Both the position numbers and the translations under genes were made by a program. From the NCBI GenBank assembly GCA_010015585.1, contig ML975165.1: a DNA stretch of 64,000 nucleotides. One strand, written 5' to 3'. Below, one piece after another: positions 13,873 through 26,585 of the stretch. Each line of letters starts with the position of its first letter. Within the stretch, counting starts at the first letter, position 1. This DNA comes from Eremomyces bilateralis CBS 781.70. Taxonomy: Eukaryota. The notes beneath the pieces are model-generated. The model made no database searches. It worked only from the letters and a program-made list of their open reading frames with translations, and had not been told where the DNA came from.

Positions 13873-16295
13873 ATGTCTATAACCACGGATATTGTATCAT
13901 GGACCTTCGGAGGAGAAGGAGGGTTGTCAGACCCTGATAAACCTGTACGGTCCCTTTTCTTTTCTCCATCTGATTGCCCCAGACAAGCACCCCATGCACC
14001 ATCTCCACTTTCGAGGCATTCATATATGAAATGCAGAATCGCTGACTTCCGCAACTGTATAGATCCTGATTGACACTGCGGACACTACTCGTGCTCTCTC
14101 ACATGCTCAGATCAAGAGCTACGTGCGGAGGCTCGTCGCGGGTTTGCGTGCCATCGGCGTTGCACCGGGCGATTGTGTCTGCGTGAATTCCTTCAACGAC
14201 GTTGGTGTTCCCCTGATTCCTTCACTTTGATTTCGTGTCACTTTTCGTATAGGGGGGCCACTTGGGTCTTTCCCTTTCTGGTTGTTTATAATCCAGATTC
14301 TATCCGTCATCTTTCTCAAATCAGTTACATAGGCGGAAAGTCTCCTATAGTTTGACGTTTTTTTTGGGCATGGCATCATTCCCGTTTACTTGAAGTCATT
14401 TGCGTCGAAGTTGCGCCTACCGTCGGCACTGAAGGATTTACGGTTTTGACAATCCCTTTTAGATCCTTTACTATGCGATTTACCTAGGTGCCATCGGCAC
14501 TGGAGCCCGTTGGACAGGTGTCAACCCGTCCTACACCGCACATGAGCTCACCCACCACATGTCCATGACGGAAGCTAAGGTGCTAATCGTCGAGCCGGCC
14601 TTGCTCACCACCACCCTAGAAGCCGCGAAGGAATGTGGGATCTCGGAGTCGAAGATCTTTGTATTTGACGTGCATGATGAAAACACACACCCACATCTCC
14701 AGTCGTGGGATGTGCTGCTCCAACATGGCGAGGAAGATTGGGTGATGGTGGACGATCCCTACACGACGACTGCGACGTACGCGTCGACGAGCGGAACTTC
14801 GGGATTGCCAAAGGCAGCGTTTCTGCCGCATTCATATCTCGTGTCGCAGGCAGAGCGACGGTTGTATCCGAAGGTGCCCTACGAAGTAAGTCGATATCCC
14901 AGCCCCTGGGTGACAGGCATGTCCGAAAGGAAATCATGTAACGCTCGGAAATCACCCGATTCTCCGACTGAACTGCCGTACGACGTTCATGACCATACGC
15001 TAACACACTCCAAGGTCCAACGGCTTACCCCTCTCCCGCCCTTCCACGTCTTCGCGACACCCCTTGTTCCGTCCAGCATCCACGCCGGCTGGCCGATCTA
15101 TATCATGCGGCGTTTCGACATGGCAGCCTTCATTACCTCGATTTCGAAATTCGCCATCTCCGAAACATACGCGCCGCCACCGGTGCTGCTCGGGGTTCCG
15201 CAGTCGCCGCTATGCACAAAGGAGAGCTTATCGACCCTGCGGCAGATCTGGACGGGCGGCGCGGGCGTGAAGTACGAGAATCAGTTGCCGTTCTACGAGA
15301 AGTTGCATCCGGATGCGCAAATTAACCAGGTGTGGGGGATGACGGAAGCGGGGTGGGTGACGTGCGTGCAGTGGGGAGAGAAGTCGGAGGACGATAGTGT
15401 TGGTCGGCCAGTAGAAGGATTCGAGATCCAGTATGTTACTTTATCCCCCTCCCCTAGCCTAGCCTCCCTTCTACCCGAGATACTAACGACGCTTACCTGT
15501 AGAATCATGCCCGAGTCCGGCGACCTAGTCACCACCGACGACACCCCCGGCGACATCCTCGTCCGCTCCCGCTCGCTCATGCTCGGCTACATCCAGAACC
15601 CCACCGCGACCGCCGACGCCTTCTACTCCCCCCAGGACGACTCCTCCCACCCCTGGCTCAAAACCGGCGACTGGGGCTTCCTCCGCCACGGCCGCGTCTT
15701 CATCGTCGACCGCCGCAAAGACCTCATCAAGGTCCGCGGCTGGCAGGTCTCCCCCGCCGAAGTGGAAGGCACCCTGCTCACCCACCCCGCGGTGCTCGAT
15801 GCCGCCGTCGTGGGCGTGCAGTTGCCGGACGCGGTGGCGGAGCACGCGCGCGCGTACGTTGTCGTGCGGCCGGGTCAGGAGGTCTCCGGGGATGAGGTGC
15901 GGAAGTGGGTGGGGAAGATGCTGGCGCGGTATAAGGTGCCGGAGGAGGTGGTGTTCATCGACAAGATCCCGAAGAACAGCACCGGGAAGATTCTGCGGAG
16001 GTTGTTGAGGACGCAGGACGTCCCTGTGGGGAGCGTGGCGGCGGAGTCCGGGGATCACACGGTGCACAAGAGGGATAGGGGGGCGGTGGTGGTGGATGAA
16101 AGGGCGGGAGATGAGAGTAGTAGTAGTAGTGGTAGTGGTAGTGGGGATGAGGATTTGGAGAGGGGGGAGGGAAAGGGCGGGGAGGAAAAAATTCGGGCGG
16201 GGACCCTGGCAAGGGTTAAGGGGTCGGTGGTTGGGGTGCTCAGGGCAGTGCTGGCGCGGTTGAAAGGGCTGTGGGCTCGACTTTTCAAGTCCTAG
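13873..16295 (+). CDS. afeA: 4-coumarate-CoA-ligase-like adenylate-forming enzyme (AfeA-like); exons 13873-13944, 14063-14200, 14463-14885, 15015-15430, 15503-16295
   Basis: ANL-family motifs STSGTSGLPKA, WGMTEAG, LKTGD, DRRKDLIKVRGWQVSPAEVE and IPKNSTGKILRR (catalytic Lys present). The N-terminus MSITTDIVSWTFG..ILID..RRLVAGLRAIGVAPGDCVCVNSFND was recovered by splicing four GT-AG introns. Confidence 0.88.
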
Positions 16296-17035
16296 GCAGG
16301 TGTACGGAAGGCCTGCACTTTTGAATTTTCACCATGGAGATGGTATGGTTACTTCGTTCCGGTTCGACGGTTGGTCGACCTTCGGCGGAGTTCAATTGCT
16401 TAGATTCGGACACTCACTTGTAGTTTGCCTGGCGCCTTGGAGGACGGAATGGATGTCGGCTCTTACTGAGTTGGACGGATGGCCGGATGGGGAAGGCATA
16501 ATTATTCATGATATCCTTTGTGCGAACAGCTCATGGCGATGGGATATAGATACGATTACTGCATATACTGTTTAGCTTATGATATGACGACGGCGGAATG
16601 GTCATACATACTTAGCAACATTAGATAGATTCATGATTTAAGCCTGTTCTCTTCTGCTATTGCTTATTATATCGTGGTAGCTTGTGTCCTCTTGTCCAAC
16701 ACTGCGGCTCCAACATTGCCCATTGCCATCGTCCTGTCGTAACACAACAGATGCGGCCATGTACAAAAGTCAAGAACACTATCTGTGTCTCCTGCATCAA
16801 AATGAAGCGTGAAATAAAGAGGACTGAGAGCAATTGGTGCATGGCGATGCTGTGATCTGTCGCGTCACACCATAACGGTAATCGTGGATAGTTACAAGTG
16901 CACGATCTTGAACCCTTCCATTTCTCGTCCACCCTGTCCCACCAAGGACTATCGTTGGAGACACAGCTACCACAATACACTGTACTAATGACCATCGTGT
17001 TCATGCTCCCCAACCACGCCCATCTCGTCCACCGC

Positions 17036-18967
17036 CTACACTGTTCCTGCTACCTCCGTCGGCAACGCCACCTCCAAGATATCCACCCCTTTCTGAATCT
17101 CGCTCTTCCCCGGCATCTTATTCCTCCGCATCAACTCCGACGCCTGGCTCATATACGGATCCTTCCCCATACTCACCACCGCCACCACCGTCTCCCCCTT
17201 TGTATAGTACCCCACGAACGCCGGCTTTTGCGTATCTCCTACGATCACCACGTCGTCCCACCCGTGGTTCACATTCCCGCAGTACCGCATCTGCGACCCC
17301 AACGCGCTCCAGAAGATCGGGATGAACTCTGCCCGCGTCTTCCCTTGGATCGCTGTCGCCACCACGCGTCCCGCGTTCTGCGCGACGTTCCAGTGCTCGA
17401 TGCGGACGGGCTTGCCGTCTCCACCCGGTCCGTGGTACGGGTATGTGGCGATGTCGCCGATGGCGTAGACGTTGGAGAGGCCTTGCACGGCGAAGGACTC
17501 GTCGGTGAGGATGGAGCCGTCAGCTTCGAGTTTGACTTCGGGGGAGTCCTTAAGGAACTCAGTTGCGGGGGCGACGCCGACGCCCTCGATGACTAGGTCG
17601 GCGGGGAGCTGAGTACCGTCTTTGAGATGGACGACGCCGATCTTCGAGGGGTCTGTCTCGCTGGGTGTGCCCTTCTCGACGGATGCCTCCATCTTGAACT
17701 TGATGCCGTTCTTCTCGAGGATGGCGCGGAAAATGTTGCCGACCTTCTCGCCCATGACGCGCTCCATGGGGGCTTTCTCCATACCGATGACGGTGACATC
17801 GTTGCCTTTGGAAACGAGGCAGTTGGCGACTTCCAGCCCGATGAACGAGCTGCCGATGACGACTATCTTCTTCCCGTTGTCGCCGACCGCTTCCACGATG
17901 GATTTGGCGTGTGGAATGGCTCGGAGGACGAACACGTTGCCGAGGTCACCTTTCAGCCCTGGCAATGGCAGCCAGCGAGGCGAGCCGCCCGTGGCGAGAA
18001 CCAGTTTGGTGTAGTCGTGGGTCTTCCCAGATTTGGTAGAGACAGATTTGGAATTGAAGTCGATCTTCGACACTTCGTCGTCGATTATGTCGATGCTTGC
18101 GTCCTTGTAAAAATCCACCGGCCTCCATGCGATCTTAGAGACATCGGCAAGGAGGGCCTTAGAGAGCTTCGTACGATCAATCGGCCGGTATCCTTCTCTT
18201 GAGATAACCGTAATATGCCCCGTGTACCCGCCTCCTCGTAGGCCTTCAATGGCTCCAGTTGCTCCACTGCCTCTGTTGTTTGGCAAATTCCATGGTTAGT
18301 ATATGATTCCATAGGAGGGAGGACCGGACTTACCCTCCAACTACAAGCACCTTCTCATTCCCTTGCGCCTGGCATTTGATATTCAACTGCCCTCGACTGG
18401 CCTTGATAACCTCCTCTTCCCCGCGAATGTAGACACCCCCGTCCTTCTCAAAGACCTCATACTTCGCCAGCGGGTCCAAAGCCGGCGCATTCTCAATATC
18501 TCCCGTCTCCACATGGAAACATGCTACGGAGCAATCAGCCAAAGTTCCCAGTCCATCGCCCAAAGCCAATTGACTAGGCCTCGAGGATCCGAGTTTCTTG
18601 GTATGCACTCGTACTCACCTCCATGCCACGGGCAAGTCAATCGCCCTTCCCCCGTCAACACCCCCTTCACCAACGGCGCGCCATAATGCGTGCAATTCGA
18701 CGACAGCGCATGGACGCGATCCCTGACCTTCGCGAGCAGCACCTTCGCATCTGGAATTCCTTCGACTTCCAACTGCAGTTTTTCTCCATTCTTCAAACTC
18801 AGGGCATCGATTCCTTTCAGTTTATATTCCGGCATCCTCGCAGTGAAACCGACGCTGAATGGGCGACAGAGACGTATATGGCGCGGGATGGCGTGATTGG
18901 GGAGGAATGTGGACTTTGCTGGGCGCGGAAAATGGATGAGGTAAGGTCGGAGTGATGAGAGAGGCAT
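17036..18967 (-). CDS. aif1: Apoptosis-inducing-factor-like Rieske [2Fe-2S] plus FAD/NAD(P) oxidoreductase; exons 18967-18619, 18523-18334, 18272-17036
   Basis: Rieske motif CTHYGAPL..CPWHG|ACF across intron 18618-18524; VVGG|GSGA across intron 18333-18273; VVIGSSFIGLE, YAIGDIA, RIEHWNVAQNAG. Second in-frame ATG at 18835. Confidence 0.9.
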
Positions 18968-19552
18968 GAAATGGAAGGAAGATGGAAGGGAGAAGAGTTG
19001 AGTTCTAGGAACTCCGTTTTGTCTGGAAGGTCGATCACTGCTAGAGTGTTTACCTGCGATGATGGAGGGGAAGGCTGCTTACAATTGATCATCATGAATT
19101 CGATGATTCGCTGGTGACGTCGGTGACGTCGGCATTTCTTATCGATAACTCCGAGATCTACGCAACTGCGAGATTCGCAGGGGAGTCGGGGAGGGGAGTC
19201 CGGAGTATCTACTTTCGTACCTGGGACGATTTGCCCATCACTATATTAAGAGTTGGATAATTATTTCTCTTGTTTTTTAATTTGGCTCTATATCTTCATA
19301 TTCGATATTAGAGCTCGAGTAACACTCCCATCAATGTGATGGCGGTGTACAGTGAGTGTAAACGAGGCCCAGCCTCTGAAAGATCCTGAAATCCACTCGA
19401 CCACACTAAAATATCTCGCAATAAGGTATCATATATGCCATTTTCTCCCCGTGACATGCCATCGCCCTTCCGGGCCATCCATTCCCAACCTTCCCACAAC
19501 CAAACCCCTACAATGTCATTTCCCTCAAGCCTCCGCCCTCCTCCATCCATCC

Positions 19553-21646
19553 CTAACCCCTCAACTTCCCCGCCCAAATCTCCGTCTTCATCGCCTCCAA
19601 ATGCTTATGCATCTTCTCCAACTGCTGCCGCTCCTCTGCCTTCGGCGCTGTCGCCCGCCCCGCCAACTCGTGGTACAGCTTCGCGTACTTCGCGTGGTAC
19701 GCCTTGAATTTCTGCGCGAGTTCGAGCGTTTGTCGGGAAGAGAGGGGGACGGCGTCCTCACCCGAGCTGGACGAGTTGCTGGAGACGCCGGGTGTGGATT
19801 TGAGGGAGGTGGCGGTGGCTGCGGGGCGGATTTGGCGGAGGGGCGCGTCGGAGGAGCTTGTGGATGAGGAGTGCGGGCGGGAGGGGGCGTGGACGCCGTT
19901 GAGTTTGCGGGATTTGAGGAAGGGGGCGTCAGGGGTGGGATCGGCTTTGCGTTTGAGGGAGACGGGGGTAGTGGATGAGGAGGCGGGGATCTTCTTGGTG
20001 GGGGAGGTGGTGGAGGCGACATCTAGTTTGGATTTCTTGGTGGATGGTTGGAGGCGCTCGGAGGTGCTTTCTGCTTTGCGCTTGGTGGAAGACTTTGCGG
20101 AGTTAGAGCCTGCTTCTATATCTGAGTTGTTCATGGGTGGGGAGGAGAGCGGTGAGGAGGTCTTGGGTTTAGACACGGTTCCAAGCACCGCTCGGTGGGA
20201 GTTGGATGAGGTGGAGGCCTTGGCTGCATTTTTACTCGCCTTCACCGAAGGTGTGCTGCTCCCCGTCACAGCCTTGGGTTCTTTCTTCTTCTTGGGGACG
20301 TCTGTCGACGAATCGTCCCCTTTCTCGCGCGGGGTCCTGCTCTTCTCATCCTTCTCCGCTTTCTTTGGAGCCGCCTTCTTTGGAAGCCCGGTCTTCTTGT
20401 CTAGGGCTACGGTCCCCTTGGCAGCGGGAGGCTGTTTCAGGACCGGAGCTCCGGAGAAGTCCAGCTTGGATAGAGTCTTGCCCTTACCGCGTTCCTCCTT
20501 CGGCAGGAGTTTCTGCCATAAGGCGTCGGTCTTGGTGATCCGCATTCGGTCGAAAGCGTTAACGGCGTTGTTGATCACGGTCTGACGGTCAACGTCGTCG
20601 TAGCCGAATGACCACGGCTTGAGCTCCTTGTGGTATTTGTCTTTCAGGCGATAAGTTTTGTTTTGCTCATTGTACTGGGCAAGTGGCTCCAGTACTTTTT
20701 GAACCAGCTTTTGTTGCCCCGGTTCCGTGTTGATTGCCAGCTTTCTCATCAGGTCCTTCAGCGTCAATGCCTTGATTGCCAGGCAGTGCATCATCGGTTC
20801 TCGATAGGAGTTCATGATTGCTTGCTGCTTTGTGTCTTGTTTCGGTGCGGAGGTGGGTGCGGTAAGGTGGGAGGGAGATTGTCCGAGGAGGGAAGGACTC
20901 GGTGGAATCGAACGATTTGAAGGAGCTTTCAGCAGACCGTTGCGTGAACGAGAATAAGCTTTGCTTTTGAGTGGAAGTTCTGCAAGAGTTGTTCTGTGAA
21001 TTGTCAGTCTCAGCATATTGTCTCCGCATATTGGGACAATAGCAGCCTCTATAGGAAGTGAACTCAATAGGGCGATTCACAATGCCTGGATTGACAATAT
21101 CGAATCGCCCAATAGAGCACCCTGAAGCTCTACTGTGATTCACGTACGCTTTCGCAGCTCTATCCCTTTCATAGTCCGCCATATTCTGCTTCAGAGCCTC
21201 CAATGCCGTATCTACCCCAGAGTGTGAATCGTCTGACTCGTGCACAGCCAGTCCATGGCTAAGCACACCGCGATACTCCCACTTGCCCGCATGTTCTTCA
21301 GTGGTCTCGTAGACTTCATGTCGGAATCGTTCTTTGGTGGCGTCGAGCGTATACTTCTTCCCATCGAGTTTCAGGGTCTGCGTTTGAGCTTATTAGCAAT
21401 CTATTCCTTTGTATCTCCCACCCCTCCTATCCAATGCTACGATTATAGAACGTAAACACATACCGGAGTTCTTCCAAACAAAACCTGTGGTGCCTTTCCA
21501 CTCCGTATACAATCCAACAGCTCGTCGACCACGCTCTTGCTCATGTCCAACTGCATGATCTGCGCCGATTTCCCTTTCCTCTCCGGCAACGAGTCGGGGG
21601 CGGCATGGAGAGCCACCGGGCCCTCGAGATCGAGTAAAGATATCAT
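19553..21646 (-). CDS. RNA polymerase II elongation factor ELL-like protein; exons 21646-21464, 21377-21148, 20993-19553
   Basis: Introns 21463-21378 and 21147-20994 have canonical ends and join in frame. Central winged-helix-like block (KYHKELKPWSFGY..DRQTVINNAVNAFDRMRI..WQKLLPKEERGKGKTLSKL) and an occludin/ELL-like C-terminal helix (LAQKFKAYHAKYAKLYHEL..LEKMHKHLEAMKTEI). Confidence 0.72.
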
Positions 21647-24600
21647 GGTTCAAGCACCGGGAGAGCTATCGGATCGGTGCAGGAACGGGACGGAAGAGGA
21701 GCGGAGATGCAAGCCGGAAACCTTCTGCAAAATAGCAAAGGGAAATTCCTTTATGCAAACCAGCAGAATGGCTATGTACAGGTCGGCATTGGTTCAGGCG
21801 TGTGGTTAACAACCGTGCAGTTGAGAGTTAGAGGCGATGCAAGGCGTGGAAATGGTACGATTGGAGGGGATTGGCTCTTGGTGACGGCACAGTGCACGCT
21901 GCCTGGGAGGTCGGACCAATGCCGCTCAACCGGTGTCTGCAAGCAGCTAAGTACGTGGGTACCTTGATGACGAAGGCAGAGGAGGCGAGGGATTATGGAA
22001 AGTTGCCTGATAAAGTGAGGAAAGACAAAGAGGTAACTATCGTATGGATAGTGAGAACGGAGGAGGAGGTCAGATGGAGGACGGAGGTGGTTGCTGCTGG
22101 AGTTTGGGCTTTGGCAGAGCAATCAAGCAGGGAACCCAACGATGATTGGCAAGCAAATCGGAACAAAGAACGAATAGTCGGGAAGCTGGAACTAAGCCTA
22201 ATAGTCACGCTTAGAGCTATGTGCTGTAATATTGGTGGATGTCTCCGAACAAGTCAAAAGGAAGAACGAAGCACAAGAAATGGAGTTAAAGCCCAGTAGA
22301 AAGACGCCTGCATCGGAGTCAGGCGAGACAATCCCAGTTTCACGGCTGCTTTTTCTTTGAGGATTGATGACTTGATTTCCCTTCACCAGCCAGGTCAGCG
22401 AGTCGTCCAGTCCCTCAGCCGTGTTGCTTTTTGGCACATGGGGGCTAGGCCGAAGACGAGAATCGGAAATTCGGAATATCAGATGGAGCCATGGAGGGCC
22501 GAACCAACGCCACAAGCTTTGCTTCCAAAACCCAACTTGCCCGCCTCCTCCACCACTCCATTAGAAATTCAGAAAGTCGGAATGATTCGACACACCCCAC
22601 CGGGCATGGCAAGCCAAAACGGGGGGCATTCTTGGGAAAGCAAGCAACAGCTTGAGCCTGGTGAATACTGAACAGGCGCAGAGTTTCCAGTTAGTCCGAG
22701 GCAGGGATCTAATCTGGGCGACGGGCAGGATGCTTCCAGGCCCAACATCCTTGATGCAGCTTCCATTACTCATCTCGTTGACTCGTCTACCTTCTCGTAA
22801 TCTGCTGACGACGCTTCAATTGGTACGGTAGCCTTGTGAATGACTGGATTGAGAGAGACACTGGGCCTGTATAAAGACGCTGAGACGCGCATCATGTCCC
22901 TGAGACGTTTCCACCGTGATCTCGATCTTATGTCCTCCTGAATCTCATCCATGATCCAAAGACCTAATTCCAACCATGGGCGGGGTTCCCATGTGGTGCA
23001 ATCGTATACGGTACACTATCGTCGGCAGCATCCAAATAGTCTGGCTCTCGGGCGGGTCTGACTCGGCGATGCGACCACGAGACAATCAGACGACCGCGAA
23101 CATCCAGATCCTCATGAAATCAATCTCGACGATATTAACTCTCTAGCTTCCCCAATTTCCCGAGAGGCAAACCCCCATCTCCCCTTCATTTCCCCCACGA
23201 TCGGAACGAGGCAGAAGAACAACTTAAAAAACATTGGAAAGTGGACGGACCGAAGAAGCCCTTCCAAGTTCCAACCCCCCCAATCTGTAATCTGGGGTAA
23301 AATTGAGGGACCTTGAATTACTCCACACCAGAGACTTTGGGGTTAATATGGACAGAACAAAGAGCCCCCCCATGTGTTACAGTGCCGACCAGGGCCGCTC
23401 GTACTGGGTAAAGAATCCGAGGCGAGGGGCAACCCTCCTCTCGTTTGTTGAAATTTTTAATGACGGTCAGGCTGAACACCAATTCCGAATTGTCACGATG
23501 GCACCCGCCATGCCAATCACGCTTGCCACGCTTCGGTCGTACCGTAGTACAATGGCATGTATGACCCCCAATCGCTTGACAGATGAACCCACGGAATCAA
23601 AGCAGGAACGGCGTTGAACCGTCTCCTCCGTTAGCGTTATGGCCTGCGTTCTTTGTGCTTTGCTTTGGCGGATTATAGATTCCCTCGTTGAGGGATTACC
23701 GACGACGGAAGGAACAAATGACTGGATATCGGGTTGTTACATGGACAGCTTGGTCCCATTGACTCCGGGCACTGCGACACGATGGTGAAGTATGGCGTTT
23801 CCTGTACTTACAGGTGTGTTGCGAATCCGGGATTCCGAATTCCGTATCTGTACCTGTGTAGCAGGGGGTGATCGCGGGATTTAGCCTATGATACGAAAGA
23901 GCAGCAATTTTTGATACGCCGATGCAAGGGATCTTCATAGCAAGGAAACCGGAAACTGTCGTCTGTAAGCCACCTGCAGCAATAGAATTGACGGACATGA
24001 GGAAAAATGTGGGAATTTGATTGCTGGACTTGTACCTACCATTACTATATTAGCGAAACTTGGAAGTTGGAATGTATGTTCGGAGCTCTCACCTTGATGA
24101 CATTCCTGAGCCAATTGGACATGTACCGATCATCCGGGAGATCGTCCCATAGGCTTCCGGTGGGGGTGGGTGAAACAGACATCCACATTCTACAACGATC
24201 CTCTCAACCAGTTGTTCACGACGACCTCTCCTCGACCTTTCAAAAAGGCACACCTGTCGCCTTCCCGCATAAAACCACCCGCTTACCACATCGCGTGCCT
24301 GACGATTCCGTCTAATTAGCGAACGGCCTCTCCCCAAGTCCGAACCCGATCACCAGGACCCCACAGACATATCGCATACCGACATTACATAGTAGTACAG
24401 CACATGCAACAGGCACCCCAGTCCCACACGGAACCACGCACGTAGCTGTAGCGGCCGCACCCATTGGTGGCACTGTACGACCTTCGGCTGTGAAGCACAA
24501 CAGGGTCAGCACCTCAGCCTGCCTGATGACTGCGTGCCAGCGAATCCCGCCCCCGCTGCTCCGGTTCGCCTTACAGGAACCGCCAATTCGCCACCCTGAG

Positions 24601-26585
24601 GAGGGCAGCGTTTGACGAGGACATTGCTATCGTGGTGCGTCCCTGTCCGAGAAAAACATCCCATTCTGGGCAGTGGATCATCTGAGAGGGTTCGGATGCT
24701 ACCTCTTGGGGCGACGTCGGTTACTTATTTAAAGAGGAATTAGAATGGCGGAATAGTGGTGCCTTGGCGGTTTATGCCGCGGTCCTTCGCGGATGGCGGG
24801 ATTCACCTTTCATAAGTAATATGGAGGATGCTGGATCGATTCGCACCTGACGCTGCCCTGATGGGATGGTGGGATTCATCCATGTCGAAGTTGTATTGTC
24901 GTGCCTTTTCTGGCTCGCGTGGATGGATCCAATACATGCGTCGGTGGCTTGCTCTGTCTGCAGCCAGTTTGTTTGACTTGGTGTGAGCCCAGATCGATCA
25001 CGGGCACACCGAGCTGCAAGATAGTGCTGATATTGATGAATTGATGACTGCTTTAGTGTCTTGTTCAGCAGCGTCCCAGACTCATCGTCTGCAATACCCC
25101 ATTATCGTCAGAAGATGGGAAGGTAAAATGTCTGGTCGGAGTCATGGAGAAAGTGGCTGAGATCGTGGATCTTGAAAGATGGAGATCATCGCTCATCATG
25201 GAATCTGATCCCTGCGATGGGTGTCGATCCTTAGGAAATGGGAAACGGAATTCGAAGCCCAGCCAAATCGGTCGAATCTCCCTTTCAACGATCAACCCGA
25301 TTGAAAAGCATCTATTAAAATGTTCAGTACTGTACTACTGTTCCACCATGGTTCAATTCGCCTTACAGATCGTCCACCGTTTCGAGACTTTGCTTGGCGT
25401 TGCGTTCATCCTTTGCTCAAGTAGACAACGTTCCTTCAATTTCATAGTCATCTGTTTTTCCGTCATATCTCCTTGTAGTCAGGGATTCGCATCGCAACTT
25501 CGAGCGTTTGAGTTTGGAGCTTGAACCACAAATCCCATGTTTACAAAGGTTAAAACGGATCCTGAGTCCTGACATGCCGAATTCCCCGGTCCTGCCAGGT
25601 ACAGCTGGCTTGCGTTTGAACTTTGATAAATGATAGCCCGCAAGACTCGGAGTGACGTCGTGAATGGTGAAACACAGTGCCTGGTTTCTCTTCGGAGTTC
25701 CGACAGGGACTCTTCCTGGTGGCGGGAGGATCTGCTCGTATTCTGAGTCGTTCACTCCCTCGTTCTGGCTCCTCCGACGGACTTGACAAATGACCCCGTC
25801 TCAGCTTTCCGGATCTCAAACCAAGGGATTGTCCAATCATATTGTGGGAACGGGCTGTCCATCAAAACATTGGAGGATGAAGGATTGCCTTGCGTAGAGT
25901 GTTATTATGCTGTCGAAGGAATCGAAGGACTACCTACCAGCTACCTGCATTCCGTACTTGTCGGGGATTCAATGATATTCCCCAAGAAAGCGTCTTGAGT
26001 AGCCGTCAAATACGTCAAATCAAAGAGCAACCCCATTGAACTGGAGGTGTGCAACTAACACGACGAGGCATTTCGAATGACCCATCAAGCAGTCTTGGAC
26101 GCGATGCAGCGGAACTGTCACCCAGTGTCGTTTCGATGCTACACGTCCTATCACGAAATTCAGAAAGAATAGGAACGCTTCTATTTCCAGTTCCTGACCA
26201 ATGTCGCTCGCTAGCAGAAAGCAACCGCAGCAGTTCCATTTTTTAAGGGCACTCCGTCCGTTCCCTACGCTCAACCGCAGAACATACTGCTACCCGCGAC
26301 TCCTAAGAACCGAAAGGTGCAGGAGGAACCCAGCAATCCGTAACCTACAACCCGCAATCCCAGCGACACCGACACCGACACCGTGACAAACGCAGTACAA
26401 CCCCCGCCACGATTTCCAAGATTCAAAATCCTCTGTCTATGCAGCATCTTCGTCCGTTTTATACCAGCTCATGATCGTGCAACGTCATGAATGCGCGGGA
26501 CATCCCTCGCTCGTCGAATCGATACCGGAAAGGTAGGGAGACAGTTGGCAACCCGCTCCTCGAAGCGTCGGACGCATGCCATGCC

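Noticed and set aside
19704..20585. Long antisense ORFs (also 5349-6122, 16898-17596, 47748-48500, 62926-63687)
   Set aside because: Shadows of GC-rich, skewed real genes on the opposite strand, with no recognisable motifs.
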